DNA from: a virus
Direction: 5' to 3' (one strand)
IMG/VR virus record: IMGVR_UViG_3300009503_000027
Coordinates: 16,835 to 80,834 of that record
Length of the DNA stretch: 64,000 nucleotides
Positions 8,602 to 19,342 of the stretch are shown here, one piece after another. The notes below the pieces were generated by a model. The model was given only the letters and a program-made list of their open reading frames with translations, was not told the origin of the DNA and did no database searches. The position numbers and the translations under genes are program-made. Numbering within the stretch: the stretch's first letter is position 1; the number at the start of each line of letters is the position of its first letter.

Positions 8602-11600
8602 ATGGCAATGAACGTCACTGTCCGTGTAATTCCCGATCGCACCACGCAGGAGCTTATGGCCATTCTGTCGGGGCGCCTCCAGCGTGCGTGGAGGATGAGC
8701 ATCTTTAGTCGGGGCGACCAACGCGCTATTGAGCAGACAATAGCGCGCATGGTACAGGCCCAGACGCAGATTGCGGAGCTTCAAGAGCGACTAATAAATG
8801 CCGAGAGCGATGAACACGATAGGATACGCAGCCGAATTGCCGGGATACGTGTGCTACTAAACCTAGAACGCCAGCACCTGCGCATCCTGCAGTTACAAGC
8901 ACAACAAGGAACGGTACTAGGCCGCATCTTCAGGGGCCTCAGGACAGTATGGCAGCGCACATGGGGAGTATTTTCATCCATCTACACGCCGATCATGCGT
9001 GCCTACTGGACATTGGTGTCCTTCTATTACATGGTAGGCCACCTTGTTAGGCCGATTGCCACACTTGAATATGCATTGTTAGGTCTTGCCCGCCGCGCCT
9101 TGTCTGAAGTCGTCCGTGGCATCCGGACAATGATTACCTCTGCCCAAGAGCTAGAGGGTGCTGTTGCGCGTTCCCGGGCCCTTTTTGGGCGGGGAGCAGG
9201 TACCCGGATGGTTCAATGGGCAATGGGCCTCTCCATTGGCACACCGTATCAAGCAGAACAGATCTTCGGCGCGGCCCGTATGGCCCAGGCCCTACAGCTA
9301 GGCAGGTACGCTAACATTCAGGACATCATCTTGCGTGCTGCTGGGCCATTGAGTGTTGTCTTCGCAGATCGTCTCCAACGGGGCATGGAAGATGCCATGT
9401 ACGGTATTGGCCGTGCTGTGGTAGGTGGCTACTGGCGTATCCTGCGCCGCCTCGGTATCACGCCCGAAGATCTAGCAGCTAAATATGGCACTCCCATGCC
9501 AGGAACGGAGGCTTCCCGTACAGAAGCGGGCCGTGCTGCTTTGCTCCGCGCCATCATGGCAGAAGTGATGGCCCGTTACGGGGGAGCCGTGCAAGAGTTC
9601 GCGGGCACATGGCAAGTCCTGCTAGCCGACCTCAAGGATATATGGCAGTACTTCGTGCTCCGGTATGACTGGAACGTCCAGGAGGACACGCAGAGGCAAG
9701 GGACAATTACATCTCTAATTAAGCAACTTGTGAAGGGCTTCCGCGATACATTCCTGTCCTGGATGCAAAGTGGCAAGCTCGACCGTTTCATTGAGTCATT
9801 GGTGGCACTAACAAGCTGGATGCAGCCCCTGGTCAGCTGGATAGTCCAGCATATGGAGCCATTGATTGACTATGCCACCCAAGTGCTAGACCGGCTCTAC
9901 AAATGGTTAGACGAGGCATTCCTACGGTTCTTTGGTGTAAGACTGAAGGACTTGAATACGCCTGAGGGCTTGGCCCTCTTCGGCAAGGGGCTCATGGCAA
10001 ACATTACTAGCATAGGCTCCGATATAATTGGTATTCTCCAGGCGGGCTTGGTCCTCCAGAAGGAAATGATGAATATAATGTTCTTGATAGCCGATATTCT
10101 GGCTCGCCTGACTGACTACTTCACGAAGGGCAAATACGGTGTAGCGCAGAAGGTCCAGGTGCTTTGGGGCGCCGCTACCCAGACGATGGGCAAAGTTATA
10201 GGCTGGGTAGGCGCCGCGGGCCAAAGGGTAGGGCAATGGAGTGTTTATTGGCGCCGCGAAGAGTTGCAAGAAGCATTGCGGCGCCTCGGCTATGATGAGC
10301 CGGAAATCCAGCAGATATTGGCGCGGGTAGACCAACAGGTAGCAAGTGATCGGAATATTGAGACGCCCCAGCAACAGGAGGCAGTCTACCGCCGGGCCGT
10401 TAACTGGGCGTTAGAAAGGTTGCGGGCAGGAGAGTTTCAGCCAGCGGTACCACAAAGCTTCCAGCGCGGTGGCAAGGTCGAACGTAGTGGTCTGGCATAT
10501 GTACATAGAGGGGAAGTGATAGTACCTACCCGGCCGGAGTGGGAGGAACTGTCGCCACGCGAGCGCGAGAGACAAGCACGGGCCTTGGAAGAGGCCATGG
10601 GCTGGCGCCGCCCCGCAGTCTGGGAACGTGCTATCGGATGGTTGCGTGGGCACAGGGATCTTCTCATGGGCGAAGCAAGCCTTATTCCTTGGCTCCTGCC
10701 CGCTGGAGCAGGGCAAGGGCGTATTCCAGAGGGGCTCACACGAGCCTGGAACTGGGCTAGGGGCTTGTGGGAACAGCGCAGGTTGGAAAGAGATATAGCG
10801 ACCGATCCCGAAAGCGTGCAACACAGACTAGGGGAGTATGTCGCCCGTTATGGGGGACCACGTGGCCAAGGCTTAAGTTGGGCGGACTGGCAAGATGCGC
10901 TCTTTATTCTCAGCTTTCTCTTCCCCATAGAGGGGGAGGTATCCAGTGCCATTGGAGTGCTTATGCGGATGGGCCGACTTAGCAGGGCTTGGCGCTGGGT
11001 ACAGCTAATTTTGGGTGGAGGTGAGGCTGGGGGAATTATGGGATTTGCAGAAGGCGCCCATAGGGAACCATGGCTCACACGCGCCTGGACTTGGCTCCGC
11101 CGCCTTGTAGGCGGGGCGGATGAGGCACAGATTAGACAATGGAAAAGACTTGCGTCTCAATTGGCGCGTGAACGCAAGTGGAGAGAGGCGCGGTTCTTTG
11201 GTAGGCGGGCCCGCCTAGCCGAACTTCGCCTGGATCAGCGTGCAGTTGAGGTGTTGCGTACGTGGCTGCGTGATAAATGGACCTGGTGGAGAAGGCACTT
11301 CGGTGATTTGGAACGTGAAGTGTTTCATCACAAAAGAGGAGTTAAGATGTTAAGAGAGGCGCGCCTAATTGAAGATGCGGAGGCCAGGAGGGGGGCGATC
11401 CTGCGGGCACGGCGTAGTGAGCTCGCAGAGGCAGCACAGGCCCACCGAAAGGCGCGTGCTGCACGAGAACGATCGATATGGAGAGCCATCTGGACTAGAT
11501 TCGCGAAGATCCGGGCTAGATTTGCAAAAGAGGCCTCCGAAGAAGCCCCACAAATCACAGACCCCGAGTTGCGGTGGATAGCAAATCAGCTAGAAGAATT

Positions 11601-12018
11601 AAAGCAGGGCCAGGTACAAGTGGGCAAGGCCATAAGACGTGGCCGCATACTGGCATGGTTAAAGTGGTTAATACCTGCCGCCGGTGTACCAATTATATGG
11701 CACTATGCGCACCGGCGGGGCGAAGAGGTAGCTAAAGGGGCGGGAGAGGCAGTCGGCGGTGGCTTCGAGGACTTACAGAGGATGCAAGAACAATACCAGC
11801 AGCAACCAGGTTGGGGCACTCCTGCCCAGCCTCCTGCTTGGGGTACTAGCCAGCCGCTGCCGCCGCCCACCGGCGGTGCCGCAGGAGGGGCGCCTAATAT
11901 CTATATAGGGGGGAATGTTATTGTGAACAATCCCAACCGCCGCTTCTTAGAGGACTTCTCGGAGGCTATCGGGATTGACCCATCAGAGCTTGACCAGAAG
12001 ATGGGGGCAAACTACTGA
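8602..12018 (+). CDS. Tail tape measure protein
   Basis: 1138 aa helical; IGTPYQAEQIFGAA tape-measure domain; FQRGGKV...VHRGEVIVP motif; position. Confidence 0.85.
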   Translation: MAMNVTVRVIPDRTTQELMAILSGRLQRAWRMSIFSRGDQRAIEQTIARMVQAQTQIAELQERLINAESDEHDRIRSRIAGIRVLLNLERQHLRILQLQAQQGTVLGRIFRGLRTVWQRTWGVFSSIYTPIMRAYWTLVSFYYMVGHLVRPIATLEYALLGLARRALSEVVRGIRTMITSAQELEGAVARSRALFGRGAGTRMVQWAMGLSIGTPYQAEQIFGAARMAQALQLGRYANIQDIILRAAGPLSVVFADRLQRGMEDAMYGIGRAVVGGYWRILRRLGITPEDLAAKYGTPMPGTEASRTEAGRAALLRAIMAEVMARYGGAVQEFAGTWQVLLADLKDIWQYFVLRYDWNVQEDTQRQGTITSLIKQLVKGFRDTFLSWMQSGKLDRFIESLVALTSWMQPLVSWIVQHMEPLIDYATQVLDRLYKWLDEAFLRFFGVRLKDLNTPEGLALFGKGLMANITSIGSDIIGILQAGLVLQKEMMNIMFLIADILARLTDYFTKGKYGVAQKVQVLWGAATQTMGKVIGWVGAAGQRVGQWSVYWRREELQEALRRLGYDEPEIQQILARVDQQVASDRNIETPQQQEAVYRRAVNWALERLRAGEFQPAVPQSFQRGGKVERSGLAYVHRGEVIVPTRPEWEELSPRERERQARALEEAMGWRRPAVWERAIGWLRGHRDLLMGEASLIPWLLPAGAGQGRIPEGLTRAWNWARGLWEQRRLERDIATDPESVQHRLGEYVARYGGPRGQGLSWADWQDALFILSFLFPIEGEVSSAIGVLMRMGRLSRAWRWVQLILGGGEAGGIMGFAEGAHREPWLTRAWTWLRRLVGGADEAQIRQWKRLASQLARERKWREARFFGRRARLAELRLDQRAVEVLRTWLRDKWTWWRRHFGDLEREVFHHKRGVKMLREARLIEDAEARRGAILRARRSELAEAAQAHRKARAARERSIWRAIWTRFAKIRARFAKEASEEAPQITDPELRWIANQLEELKQGQVQVGKAIRRGRILAWLKWLIPAAGVPIIWHYAHRRGEEVAKGAGEAVGGGFEDLQRMQEQYQQQPGWGTPAQPPAWGTSQPLPPPTGGAAGGAPNIYIGGNVIVNNPNRRFLEDFSEAIGIDPSELDQKMGANY

Positions 12019-12269
12019 TGAAGATAGTCATTCTGCAGTGGGACGATCTGGCATATGTATTTAGGTCTGCCCCCGGCAGGCTTATCTTGGTTGACCGGTC
12101 AGACACACAGCCCAGCCTGCCCGTGGCAAAGTTTGTCAAGGACATCCAGCGCTGGGCCACAAATGTGGGGGCAGAGTGTGACGTGCGTAAGCTTGCCCCC
12201 GATGCGTCAATCCACGAGACGCTGGAGAAGCTTGCCGCCGAGTATGATGCACACTTGGTAGGGATATAA
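12018..12269 (+). CDS. Hypothetical protein
   Basis: Start overlaps the tape measure stop. Confidence 0.55.
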   Translation: MKIVILQWDDLAYVFRSAPGRLILVDRSDTQPSLPVAKFVKDIQRWATNVGAECDVRKLAPDASIHETLEKLAAEYDAHLVGI

Positions 12270-12273
12270 GCAT

Positions 12274-15234
12274 ATGGGCTGGGCAAAGTCACAAGTGAGA
12301 ATGGACATTGCCTGGTCGGGTACGATACAGGCACTCAATCAGATCCTTATGCCGCCTAGCATAGGCCTTCTAACATTCAAGTCGGCAAGCCTTTCTGGTC
12401 CTGGTGGGAGCATATCTCTAGAGGGGCTGGGCATGAGGCTTCAGAAACGATCCGGTAATATCTATGCCGCCTACATGTACTTCAGATTAACCATACAGGC
12501 CTGGGGGAGCAGCATGCCCCCCCCGTCCTTAACCAAATACATTTGGCTCTACTTGGGCGAAATTGAGCTCCCCCCCCCTCCTGTCGAGCCTCCCCCGATA
12601 CCTCCTGATGACATTGTCGTGGATGGCCCCAATCTTACATATAGCATCTCAGTCCAAGTCACAAATGTTGACCTTTGGTTCAAAACGACCGAGGCAGCCC
12701 TAACCAAACGTGGCTTCCTTTGGTTTGGTGACCGCAATGCATCAGAGGGGTGGGGTATAGGTGAGGGGAGTACGACCACAGTGACAGCAACTGGCCCCGG
12801 CGGGCCATTCCAAGTACAGGGCAATCTCAATCCGGTAGAGCCTACAGGAGACTTAGGAATAGGGTGGGCCGTCACCGGAGGCCTCTCTTGCTACAGAGCA
12901 CCCGAAGAAGTAGTCGGCTTGCCCCTGGCGCGCGTCAGCGCAGTTAACTTCAACGGGATCGCAGTTGATTTCTCGCAGTGTGAGCTATACAATCCGGGGG
13001 CCAATGCCCCCGATCCGTACAACTCTGCGTGGGGCAGAACATCTACGCAGACTAATTGTTGGTGCATACGCCCCAGCACAGATGGTGCCGAAATGTACCG
13101 CCGGGGCAATAGCACAGGGTCTGAGGCCGTCTGGGGATTCACCATCTGGCAACCCATACATGCGAAGTTCATCAACCGGACAGGCAACTTCGGTGACGAT
13201 GCCACCCGTGATGATATTGTAGTGTGGGGTAGCCCTATCGAATGGTACCAAGAAGGCGGAGTATGGAAGTCGCGCCCGAAGAAATGGGCAGGGGACCTTG
13301 AAGTTATCCAACAGTACCGCTCTTGGCTATTCCATTATGAGTGGCAGACGCTATCCTCTCAGACAGTCTTTGTCAATGTTGATACGGAGTGGCGGGAGGC
13401 TAACAATGAAGACGTTGGGGGCACTAGCAATGGTGATCCCCAGAACGATATCCCTTGCCCCCTTATCCTACATCCCCTAAATGTAACAAACTTAGAGGGC
13501 GACCCAACGGCGGAATGGGGCAGCTGGATAACGGTTGCGCATTCAGAGCCTATTGCATTTTTCGACAAGGATGACAGTGACAGGCCTGCCGCCTGGACCG
13601 GGAGCAATGGCCTCACACCGGGGGAGTATCCCGATGACTACATCTGGCAGGTGGCGGCAAGGTCGAACAATCCCACCGCTACGCTCACAACCGTTTCGCG
13701 CAAGTGGCTAGAGCTTGATAGATTGCAAGAAAAACTAAATGATCCCGAGAGGCAGCACAATCACGACTGGGTAATACAGAACTACCCTAACCTGCCAATA
13801 GCGCAGAGCCAAGACGATCCCGAATGGCACGAACAGATACCTGTTGAAAACGAATGGCATTGGCAGAATCAAACCTGGCTAGAGATTGACCTTAATGCCC
13901 CGCGTGATGCTACAATACAAGTTGTGGTGACCTATTCGGAGATATACGTATACGATCCTTGGTACACCTGCTTCGAACACACGTTCGGCGCAGAGGGAGA
14001 GTGGGAATACAGCCGTACACAGAAGCAGGTTGTATATACTGCCACCGTCGAGAAGACACCGGCGGGGCAAGAATTCACGCCAGTCCTAATTGACCTTTGC
14101 AGCCCGGTATCGGGCGAACGGCCGCCGCGTCTCTGGCATGTTGACAAGGTAGACATTGTTATCATCGGAGAAAGCCCCGCAGAGGACGAAACATGGACGC
14201 TGCACTCCATCTGGCTTACTGGTATGTATTGGAAAGATGAGTGGGGGCCAGATCCACCCACATTCTTCAGCGTGCGGGAATATGACCCCTATGATTGGTT
14301 AAGTGACTATACTGGCTTCGCCAGTATCACGGATGGCAAGCCATGTTTCGACATAGTCTATGGGTATGAAGAGCATGAGTCGGTAGAGCGTAGTCTGAAG
14401 CAGCGGCAGAAGTATAGGCATTGCCCCGAATCGGAGGCGGAAGGCATCCTCGATTATGCCAAGCCCCTGGCCCGGCTGCTGGATGAGATCAACTGGCAGC
14501 GCGGTTGGGAGGCAGGTTGGACTAACGGCGACCCTCACCTCGGGCCTAAGAACCGCGACGCCGAGGGCAATACATTCGTCAGTACATTCCGTTGGTGGGA
14601 CTTGCTACGCTCACATGAATATAAGTTCTTGCAGTATGCCGAGCTAAAAGGAGCACCAATAGTACGTGGATGGTATCTTGCCGCCGGTATCAAGCACACA
14701 ATCTATTATGAGAAGTGGCCCCAGGGCCGCATCCACGGCATGGCCTACACGGGGAATAGCCGTGCACGGAACATGGGCACTGTTAGGCTCTACCGGCGGC
14801 CCGCCGAGGGTGGCGACTGGGCACTAATAGATACCACCACGACTGATGAGCACGGCAGGTTCAGGTTCGACCCCGTTCAGGAGAAGGGCTGGATATACCG
14901 GGTTAGTACGGGCGGCTCCATGCTCTACGCAAAGAACGCGCGCTACTCCTGGTCGTTGGGGGCGCTGGAGGCTGGGGCGGGAGTACTTGCCTGCAACATG
15001 TTCGGCAACATCTACCGATTTGAGTCGCAGGGCAATAGTGTGATATTCTATTGGGCACAGGGGTTAGGGGGCCCTTGGCATGGGCCGTATACCCTGGCGA
15101 CCTTTGATCAAAGCGTGGCAAAAGTAGCTGCCACCGAACTGTCAGGGTCTATCCAGGTGGTAGTGGTGTTGTCTGATAATACTACCAAGCTGGTACGTTG
15201 TACTAAGCTGGGGGCAGGGAAGATACTTGGCTAA
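12274..15234 (+). CDS. Large minor tail / virion protein
   Basis: 986 aa, beta/Trp-rich; TTTTDEHGRFRF Ig-like strand near the C-terminus; follows the tape measure. Confidence 0.6.
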   Translation: MGWAKSQVRMDIAWSGTIQALNQILMPPSIGLLTFKSASLSGPGGSISLEGLGMRLQKRSGNIYAAYMYFRLTIQAWGSSMPPPSLTKYIWLYLGEIELPPPPVEPPPIPPDDIVVDGPNLTYSISVQVTNVDLWFKTTEAALTKRGFLWFGDRNASEGWGIGEGSTTTVTATGPGGPFQVQGNLNPVEPTGDLGIGWAVTGGLSCYRAPEEVVGLPLARVSAVNFNGIAVDFSQCELYNPGANAPDPYNSAWGRTSTQTNCWCIRPSTDGAEMYRRGNSTGSEAVWGFTIWQPIHAKFINRTGNFGDDATRDDIVVWGSPIEWYQEGGVWKSRPKKWAGDLEVIQQYRSWLFHYEWQTLSSQTVFVNVDTEWREANNEDVGGTSNGDPQNDIPCPLILHPLNVTNLEGDPTAEWGSWITVAHSEPIAFFDKDDSDRPAAWTGSNGLTPGEYPDDYIWQVAARSNNPTATLTTVSRKWLELDRLQEKLNDPERQHNHDWVIQNYPNLPIAQSQDDPEWHEQIPVENEWHWQNQTWLEIDLNAPRDATIQVVVTYSEIYVYDPWYTCFEHTFGAEGEWEYSRTQKQVVYTATVEKTPAGQEFTPVLIDLCSPVSGERPPRLWHVDKVDIVIIGESPAEDETWTLHSIWLTGMYWKDEWGPDPPTFFSVREYDPYDWLSDYTGFASITDGKPCFDIVYGYEEHESVERSLKQRQKYRHCPESEAEGILDYAKPLARLLDEINWQRGWEAGWTNGDPHLGPKNRDAEGNTFVSTFRWWDLLRSHEYKFLQYAELKGAPIVRGWYLAAGIKHTIYYEKWPQGRIHGMAYTGNSRARNMGTVRLYRRPAEGGDWALIDTTTTDEHGRFRFDPVQEKGWIYRVSTGGSMLYAKNARYSWSLGALEAGAGVLACNMFGNIYRFESQGNSVIFYWAQGLGGPWHGPYTLATFDQSVAKVAATELSGSIQVVVVLSDNTTKLVRCTKLGAGKILG

Positions 15235-15517
15235 CTTGGCCTGCGTCTGGACAATGTACTATATTGTCGTCCTCGAACAGAAGAGTGACGGTATCTATTG
15301 CCGCCGATACAATCCCGTGAATGGCCAGCAATGTAAGTTCTCTGATAACAGCTACGAGAAGCGCGTTATACCGTACAGTTCGGAATTCGATGCCGTGCAG
15401 GATGGCTTTACCATAATTGTCTACCTGGCGAGCGAGCCGGGCTACTCGGGAGAGACCGCTACTCTTTATGTGTCCTACGACATGGGTGAGACCTTCGAGC
15501 GGAGGCCAAGGGAATAA
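15227..15517 (+). CDS. Hypothetical virion protein
   Basis: Overlap-coupled; ends in an Asp-box-like YVSYDMGETF motif. Confidence 0.5.
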   Translation: MANLACVWTMYYIVVLEQKSDGIYCRRYNPVNGQQCKFSDNSYEKRVIPYSSEFDAVQDGFTIIVYLASEPGYSGETATLYVSYDMGETFERRPRE

Positions 15518-18162
15518 TGTCCGATACAAGGGCACGGGTTGCCGCACATTTCAGATTGTATGACCTGCCTCATCCACCATACTCGGTGAAGTATCAGTCC
15601 ATTGCCTTCTATGAGCGCATCTCAGATATATGGAACCGGGGCACAAGGGATAGACGTGGCTCAGAAGCGTGTATGAGTTATGTAGATGTTACGGAGATCT
15701 TCCCTCTCCATCCTGAAGGTGTTATTGTTGACACCGCCCAAGGCAAGCGCGTGTATGTCCCCGCGGTCACCTATGTTAGCTCCATTGGTAGCGCATTCCT
15801 GACGCCAATCCCCAATGGGGCAGTAAAGATGGACCTATCTTACTTCACCCCTGGTGGTGAGCATGCTGGCGACTGGATGGATGACGTTCCGTCCTTGCCG
15901 GGCGTCAAGAACCGCTGGCTGATCATGCCCAATGGCGATGCCCTTGAGCCGGGGCAATGGAATATACTTACTTCTAATTTTACACTGCCCCCCAACCCCA
16001 CCATCATCTTCCAGTTAGCGATGGCTAACCGCGTCCCCGAAGAGACAGAAGGAGAGGGCGAAGGGGAGCCCCAGCCGGAAACCCGCGACTTCCAGGGCGT
16101 AGTGGTAGACTTTGGCCGTAATGAGCGCCGCTACATTAGGTTGTGGTTTGCCATTGAGGGCGGCATTGCTGTGGAGTATTGTGACAATGTGCTCACGTCG
16201 GGGCAGGCGGTGTATGTGCAATTAGGTGGGGCAGGTTCGTATTATGCAGAGCTGCCGGCATTAATGAGTATCAACCGGGGCGAAGCACGCGGCGTACGGA
16301 TGATGGTACAGATAATGAAAACCGTTGGTGGCATCGCCATCACCACAAACTGGTGGCGCAACTGTATCCTCATAAACCTACCCCTGGAGAGCAATGATGA
16401 CTTTGCCCCGCCACACCTGTGGGGTATACCGTGGCAGATACCGGCATCGCCTATAACATTCATGGGGAATTGCGGCATCTGGGCGCTGTCATACTTTCCT
16501 ACTTGGATGCCCCGTGAGGGGGGCACTATTAACGGGCCCGTCCGCAACTGTGCCTATAACTGGGTAAACAATCCCAATCCGTGGGAGTTTCGTTCCCTCA
16601 TAATGGTTCCGACAGAGGGGGGCAGTATCACAGTCAGCCCCTGTTTCGACAATTCGGGCAATCCTATTCCGGGGCGTGCCACCATCCCATCCGTAGACGG
16701 CGGCAGTCCCGATGAGCGCTGGCGTTTCGAGTGGCAGGCGTGTCTGACACCCGCCGAGTGGACCTATGGTGAAACCCAACAGTTCAAAACATATACTTCG
16801 CCGCATCTTCTATCTGTTACTGCATACAAGCGGGCGTATGTAGAGCAAAACACCTCTACGTATCGCGACATCACGGCGGACGTCAAGTCGATCAACATAG
16901 ACGCGGCGGAGAGTGGTGCAGTGACGGGGGAGGTAGAGATAGACCGTAAGCCTTGGGAGGCAATGCTCAGCAACTGGACACGCTACCGACGCCGGACTGC
17001 CCAGCTAGCTCTTTGGTGGACCGACCCGCAGGGCAACCCCGTAGGCCTGGTGCCCGAAGGCCAGTACGACTTCGGCGGCATGGCCTCGCGTCCTCAAGCC
17101 ACCACGGGACGCGGCACTTCACCAATACTTTCCTTCCCTATCGCCGACTATTTGTCGGCATTGGGCAGCGATAACCGAGTAATAGACATCCCTCCCGGTG
17201 ATGCCTGGCCCCTCAAAGACTACCTGGAATATATCCTACAGTCGGCGGGCATAGGCCCCGCATTATATACCAGCGAAGATGTCGACAAGGGCCTGGAGGA
17301 CCTAGGGATAGTGATTCCAGCAGGTGACCTGACTGCCCCCGCCTTCAAGGGCTCAGCCGAAGCTACGGTAGCCGGCCTAGTAGACAGCCTGCGCCTCATT
17401 GGCCTAGGGGCACGGCTTTGGGTCAACGGCGGCATCGTTACATGGTCATGTCAATATTGTGGCTACAAGCGCAGCCCCGATCCGGAAGACCCTCACTTCT
17501 GGTACAACCACATTAGTGGAGGCTACCGTAGCCCCGGCTGCCTAGAATTCGATAAGCTACGGGGCACACTCTATGAGCCGGGCGATGGATATACTTACGG
17601 CTACGATATCGCGGTGTTCTTAGGGATCAAGAATGCTCCCCTGAGCCGGACAACCTCAGGGCTATATGGCGATGCCCTCGAACCCTTAGCGTTGCCCGAA
17701 CTGGACACAGAAGAGAACATATATTCCACCATCAAGACCTATGGGCAGTCCTACTATCTAGGGCAGGCAGGACAACGCGAAATCAGGGAGTACACCGTCG
17801 TTGCTACCAAATGGGACGCCCTCAATAATCCATACTCCGCAGACTATACCGGCCAAGATAAGATTTTTGCAATTGGTCCTGCCGCATGGCTCAAAGATCC
17901 CCGCTGGATCCGCGCCATCACGTTGATGGAATACTACCGCCGGTGCTTTTCTTGGCAACGGCTCAATGTGACCATTCCCTTCTGGCCGGGGGCCAAGGTA
18001 GGAAGGGTATTCTTAGTGCACGGCGGCAAGGATCTTGGGCTTGACGGTACTCTATGGCGCGTGATACGATATAGACACACCTTGCGCGCGGGGGCCAAGG
18101 ATGTGCGGAGCTATGCTGCAACACAGCTAACAGGTGTCAAAATAGGCCCCCTGACATCGTAG
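15517..18162 (+). CDS. Minor tail protein (hub/Tal-like)
   Basis: 881 aa; YRDITADVKSINID and C-terminal KVGRVFLV...WRVIRYRHTL patterns typical of tail hub proteins. Confidence 0.55.
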   Translation: MSDTRARVAAHFRLYDLPHPPYSVKYQSIAFYERISDIWNRGTRDRRGSEACMSYVDVTEIFPLHPEGVIVDTAQGKRVYVPAVTYVSSIGSAFLTPIPNGAVKMDLSYFTPGGEHAGDWMDDVPSLPGVKNRWLIMPNGDALEPGQWNILTSNFTLPPNPTIIFQLAMANRVPEETEGEGEGEPQPETRDFQGVVVDFGRNERRYIRLWFAIEGGIAVEYCDNVLTSGQAVYVQLGGAGSYYAELPALMSINRGEARGVRMMVQIMKTVGGIAITTNWWRNCILINLPLESNDDFAPPHLWGIPWQIPASPITFMGNCGIWALSYFPTWMPREGGTINGPVRNCAYNWVNNPNPWEFRSLIMVPTEGGSITVSPCFDNSGNPIPGRATIPSVDGGSPDERWRFEWQACLTPAEWTYGETQQFKTYTSPHLLSVTAYKRAYVEQNTSTYRDITADVKSINIDAAESGAVTGEVEIDRKPWEAMLSNWTRYRRRTAQLALWWTDPQGNPVGLVPEGQYDFGGMASRPQATTGRGTSPILSFPIADYLSALGSDNRVIDIPPGDAWPLKDYLEYILQSAGIGPALYTSEDVDKGLEDLGIVIPAGDLTAPAFKGSAEATVAGLVDSLRLIGLGARLWVNGGIVTWSCQYCGYKRSPDPEDPHFWYNHISGGYRSPGCLEFDKLRGTLYEPGDGYTYGYDIAVFLGIKNAPLSRTTSGLYGDALEPLALPELDTEENIYSTIKTYGQSYYLGQAGQREIREYTVVATKWDALNNPYSADYTGQDKIFAIGPAAWLKDPRWIRAITLMEYYRRCFSWQRLNVTIPFWPGAKVGRVFLVHGGKDLGLDGTLWRVIRYRHTLRAGAKDVRSYAATQLTGVKIGPLTS

Positions 18163-18360
18163 GTGAGCCATATGCGATTAGAAGACTGGCTCTTACGGGA
18201 TCTCCGGCAGCGTATGTACAGGCCTCAGCAGCTAATTGACTTCGAGCGCCGCGACATCAGTCCATACATGACACCAGATGCGATACAGCTCATAGATCCG
18301 GAAACCAACCAAATATACCCCGACTTCTATGATTTTGGTGGCTATCAGGGGGAAGAGTAG
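18163..18360 (+). CDS. Hypothetical protein
   Basis: Fills the gap in the tail operon. Confidence 0.5.
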   Translation: MSHMRLEDWLLRDLRQRMYRPQQLIDFERRDISPYMTPDAIQLIDPETNQIYPDFYDFGGYQGEE

Positions 18361-18362
18361 CA

Positions 18363-19328
18363 ATGTCAAGCACAACTGATGGTTTATTGGGGATACCCAT
18401 CAGCCGGGAAGCGGGCGATGGGGGCATGGCGAGTGACCACAATAAGGATGCCCGATGGCTGAGCATTCTTTGCCGGACACTTATTGATGGCCCCCTGGAG
18501 CCGGGCTTCATGACAGACTATGCCCCCGAAGTTGACCTGGAGACTGCGCGGATAACACCTGCCACCCTCAAGGGCTTCGCAGGGGGCGTCCCCATTTACA
18601 TGACCACAGAGCTAGAGCATGGCGGCACGGCAAGTAGCGGCTCAACAACCTCACTAACCGATCCCAACCTTTACGGCGAAACCAACTTCTGGCAAGGGGC
18701 CTATATCGTTTTCACTTCAGGGAGCAATGCGGGCACGGCCCGCCAGGTGGCAAGCTATACCCCCTCCACCCATACCCTCACATGGGCAAACCCTCTACCG
18801 ACGGCGGTGCAAGCAGGCGATACATATGTTGTAACCTATTTCTACATCAAGGATGCACTCGTTACTGGTACGCGCTACCTATTCGCAAGCAGCATGCAGA
18901 AGTGCATCTACAATCCCAGTGGCACGACCAGTATCTTATATGCCCCCGCCAAGTTTGAAGCACGGGGCGCAGCTACACCTGCTTCTGGCGAAGTTTACAT
19001 CGGCAGCATGGAAGTCGCCGAGGGGGCCATCGTAAGCGTCAGCTACGTAGATGCCCAGATGTTGCTAGCTGCCCATATGGGCCGCTGGGAAACCCTCACC
19101 GGAGAAGTAGAGATTACAGAGCTGGGCGGCGATGAGCAGATAGAAGTCGAGATTACTCACGATCCTCTGATGCTCTTCGGGGGGATTGAAGTATCTGCCC
19201 CCCAACCACACAGCGTCACCGTTACACAACACTATCGCAACGACCGGTTCACCATCCTGGTGACGAATGGCACGAGCTATCCTGCCTCGTTCACTGTAAC
19301 GTGGACTCGTTGCGGCAGAACAATATAG
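18363..19328 (+). CDS. Putative tail fibre / virion structural protein
   Basis: Thr/Ser-rich beta domain GTASSGSTTSLTD...FTSGSNAGTARQVASY...AGDTY. Confidence 0.55.
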   Translation: MSSTTDGLLGIPISREAGDGGMASDHNKDARWLSILCRTLIDGPLEPGFMTDYAPEVDLETARITPATLKGFAGGVPIYMTTELEHGGTASSGSTTSLTDPNLYGETNFWQGAYIVFTSGSNAGTARQVASYTPSTHTLTWANPLPTAVQAGDTYVVTYFYIKDALVTGTRYLFASSMQKCIYNPSGTTSILYAPAKFEARGAATPASGEVYIGSMEVAEGAIVSVSYVDAQMLLAAHMGRWETLTGEVEITELGGDEQIEVEITHDPLMLFGGIEVSAPQPHSVTVTQHYRNDRFTILVTNGTSYPASFTVTWTRCGRTI

Positions 19329-19342
19329 GAGGTTCGATATAA

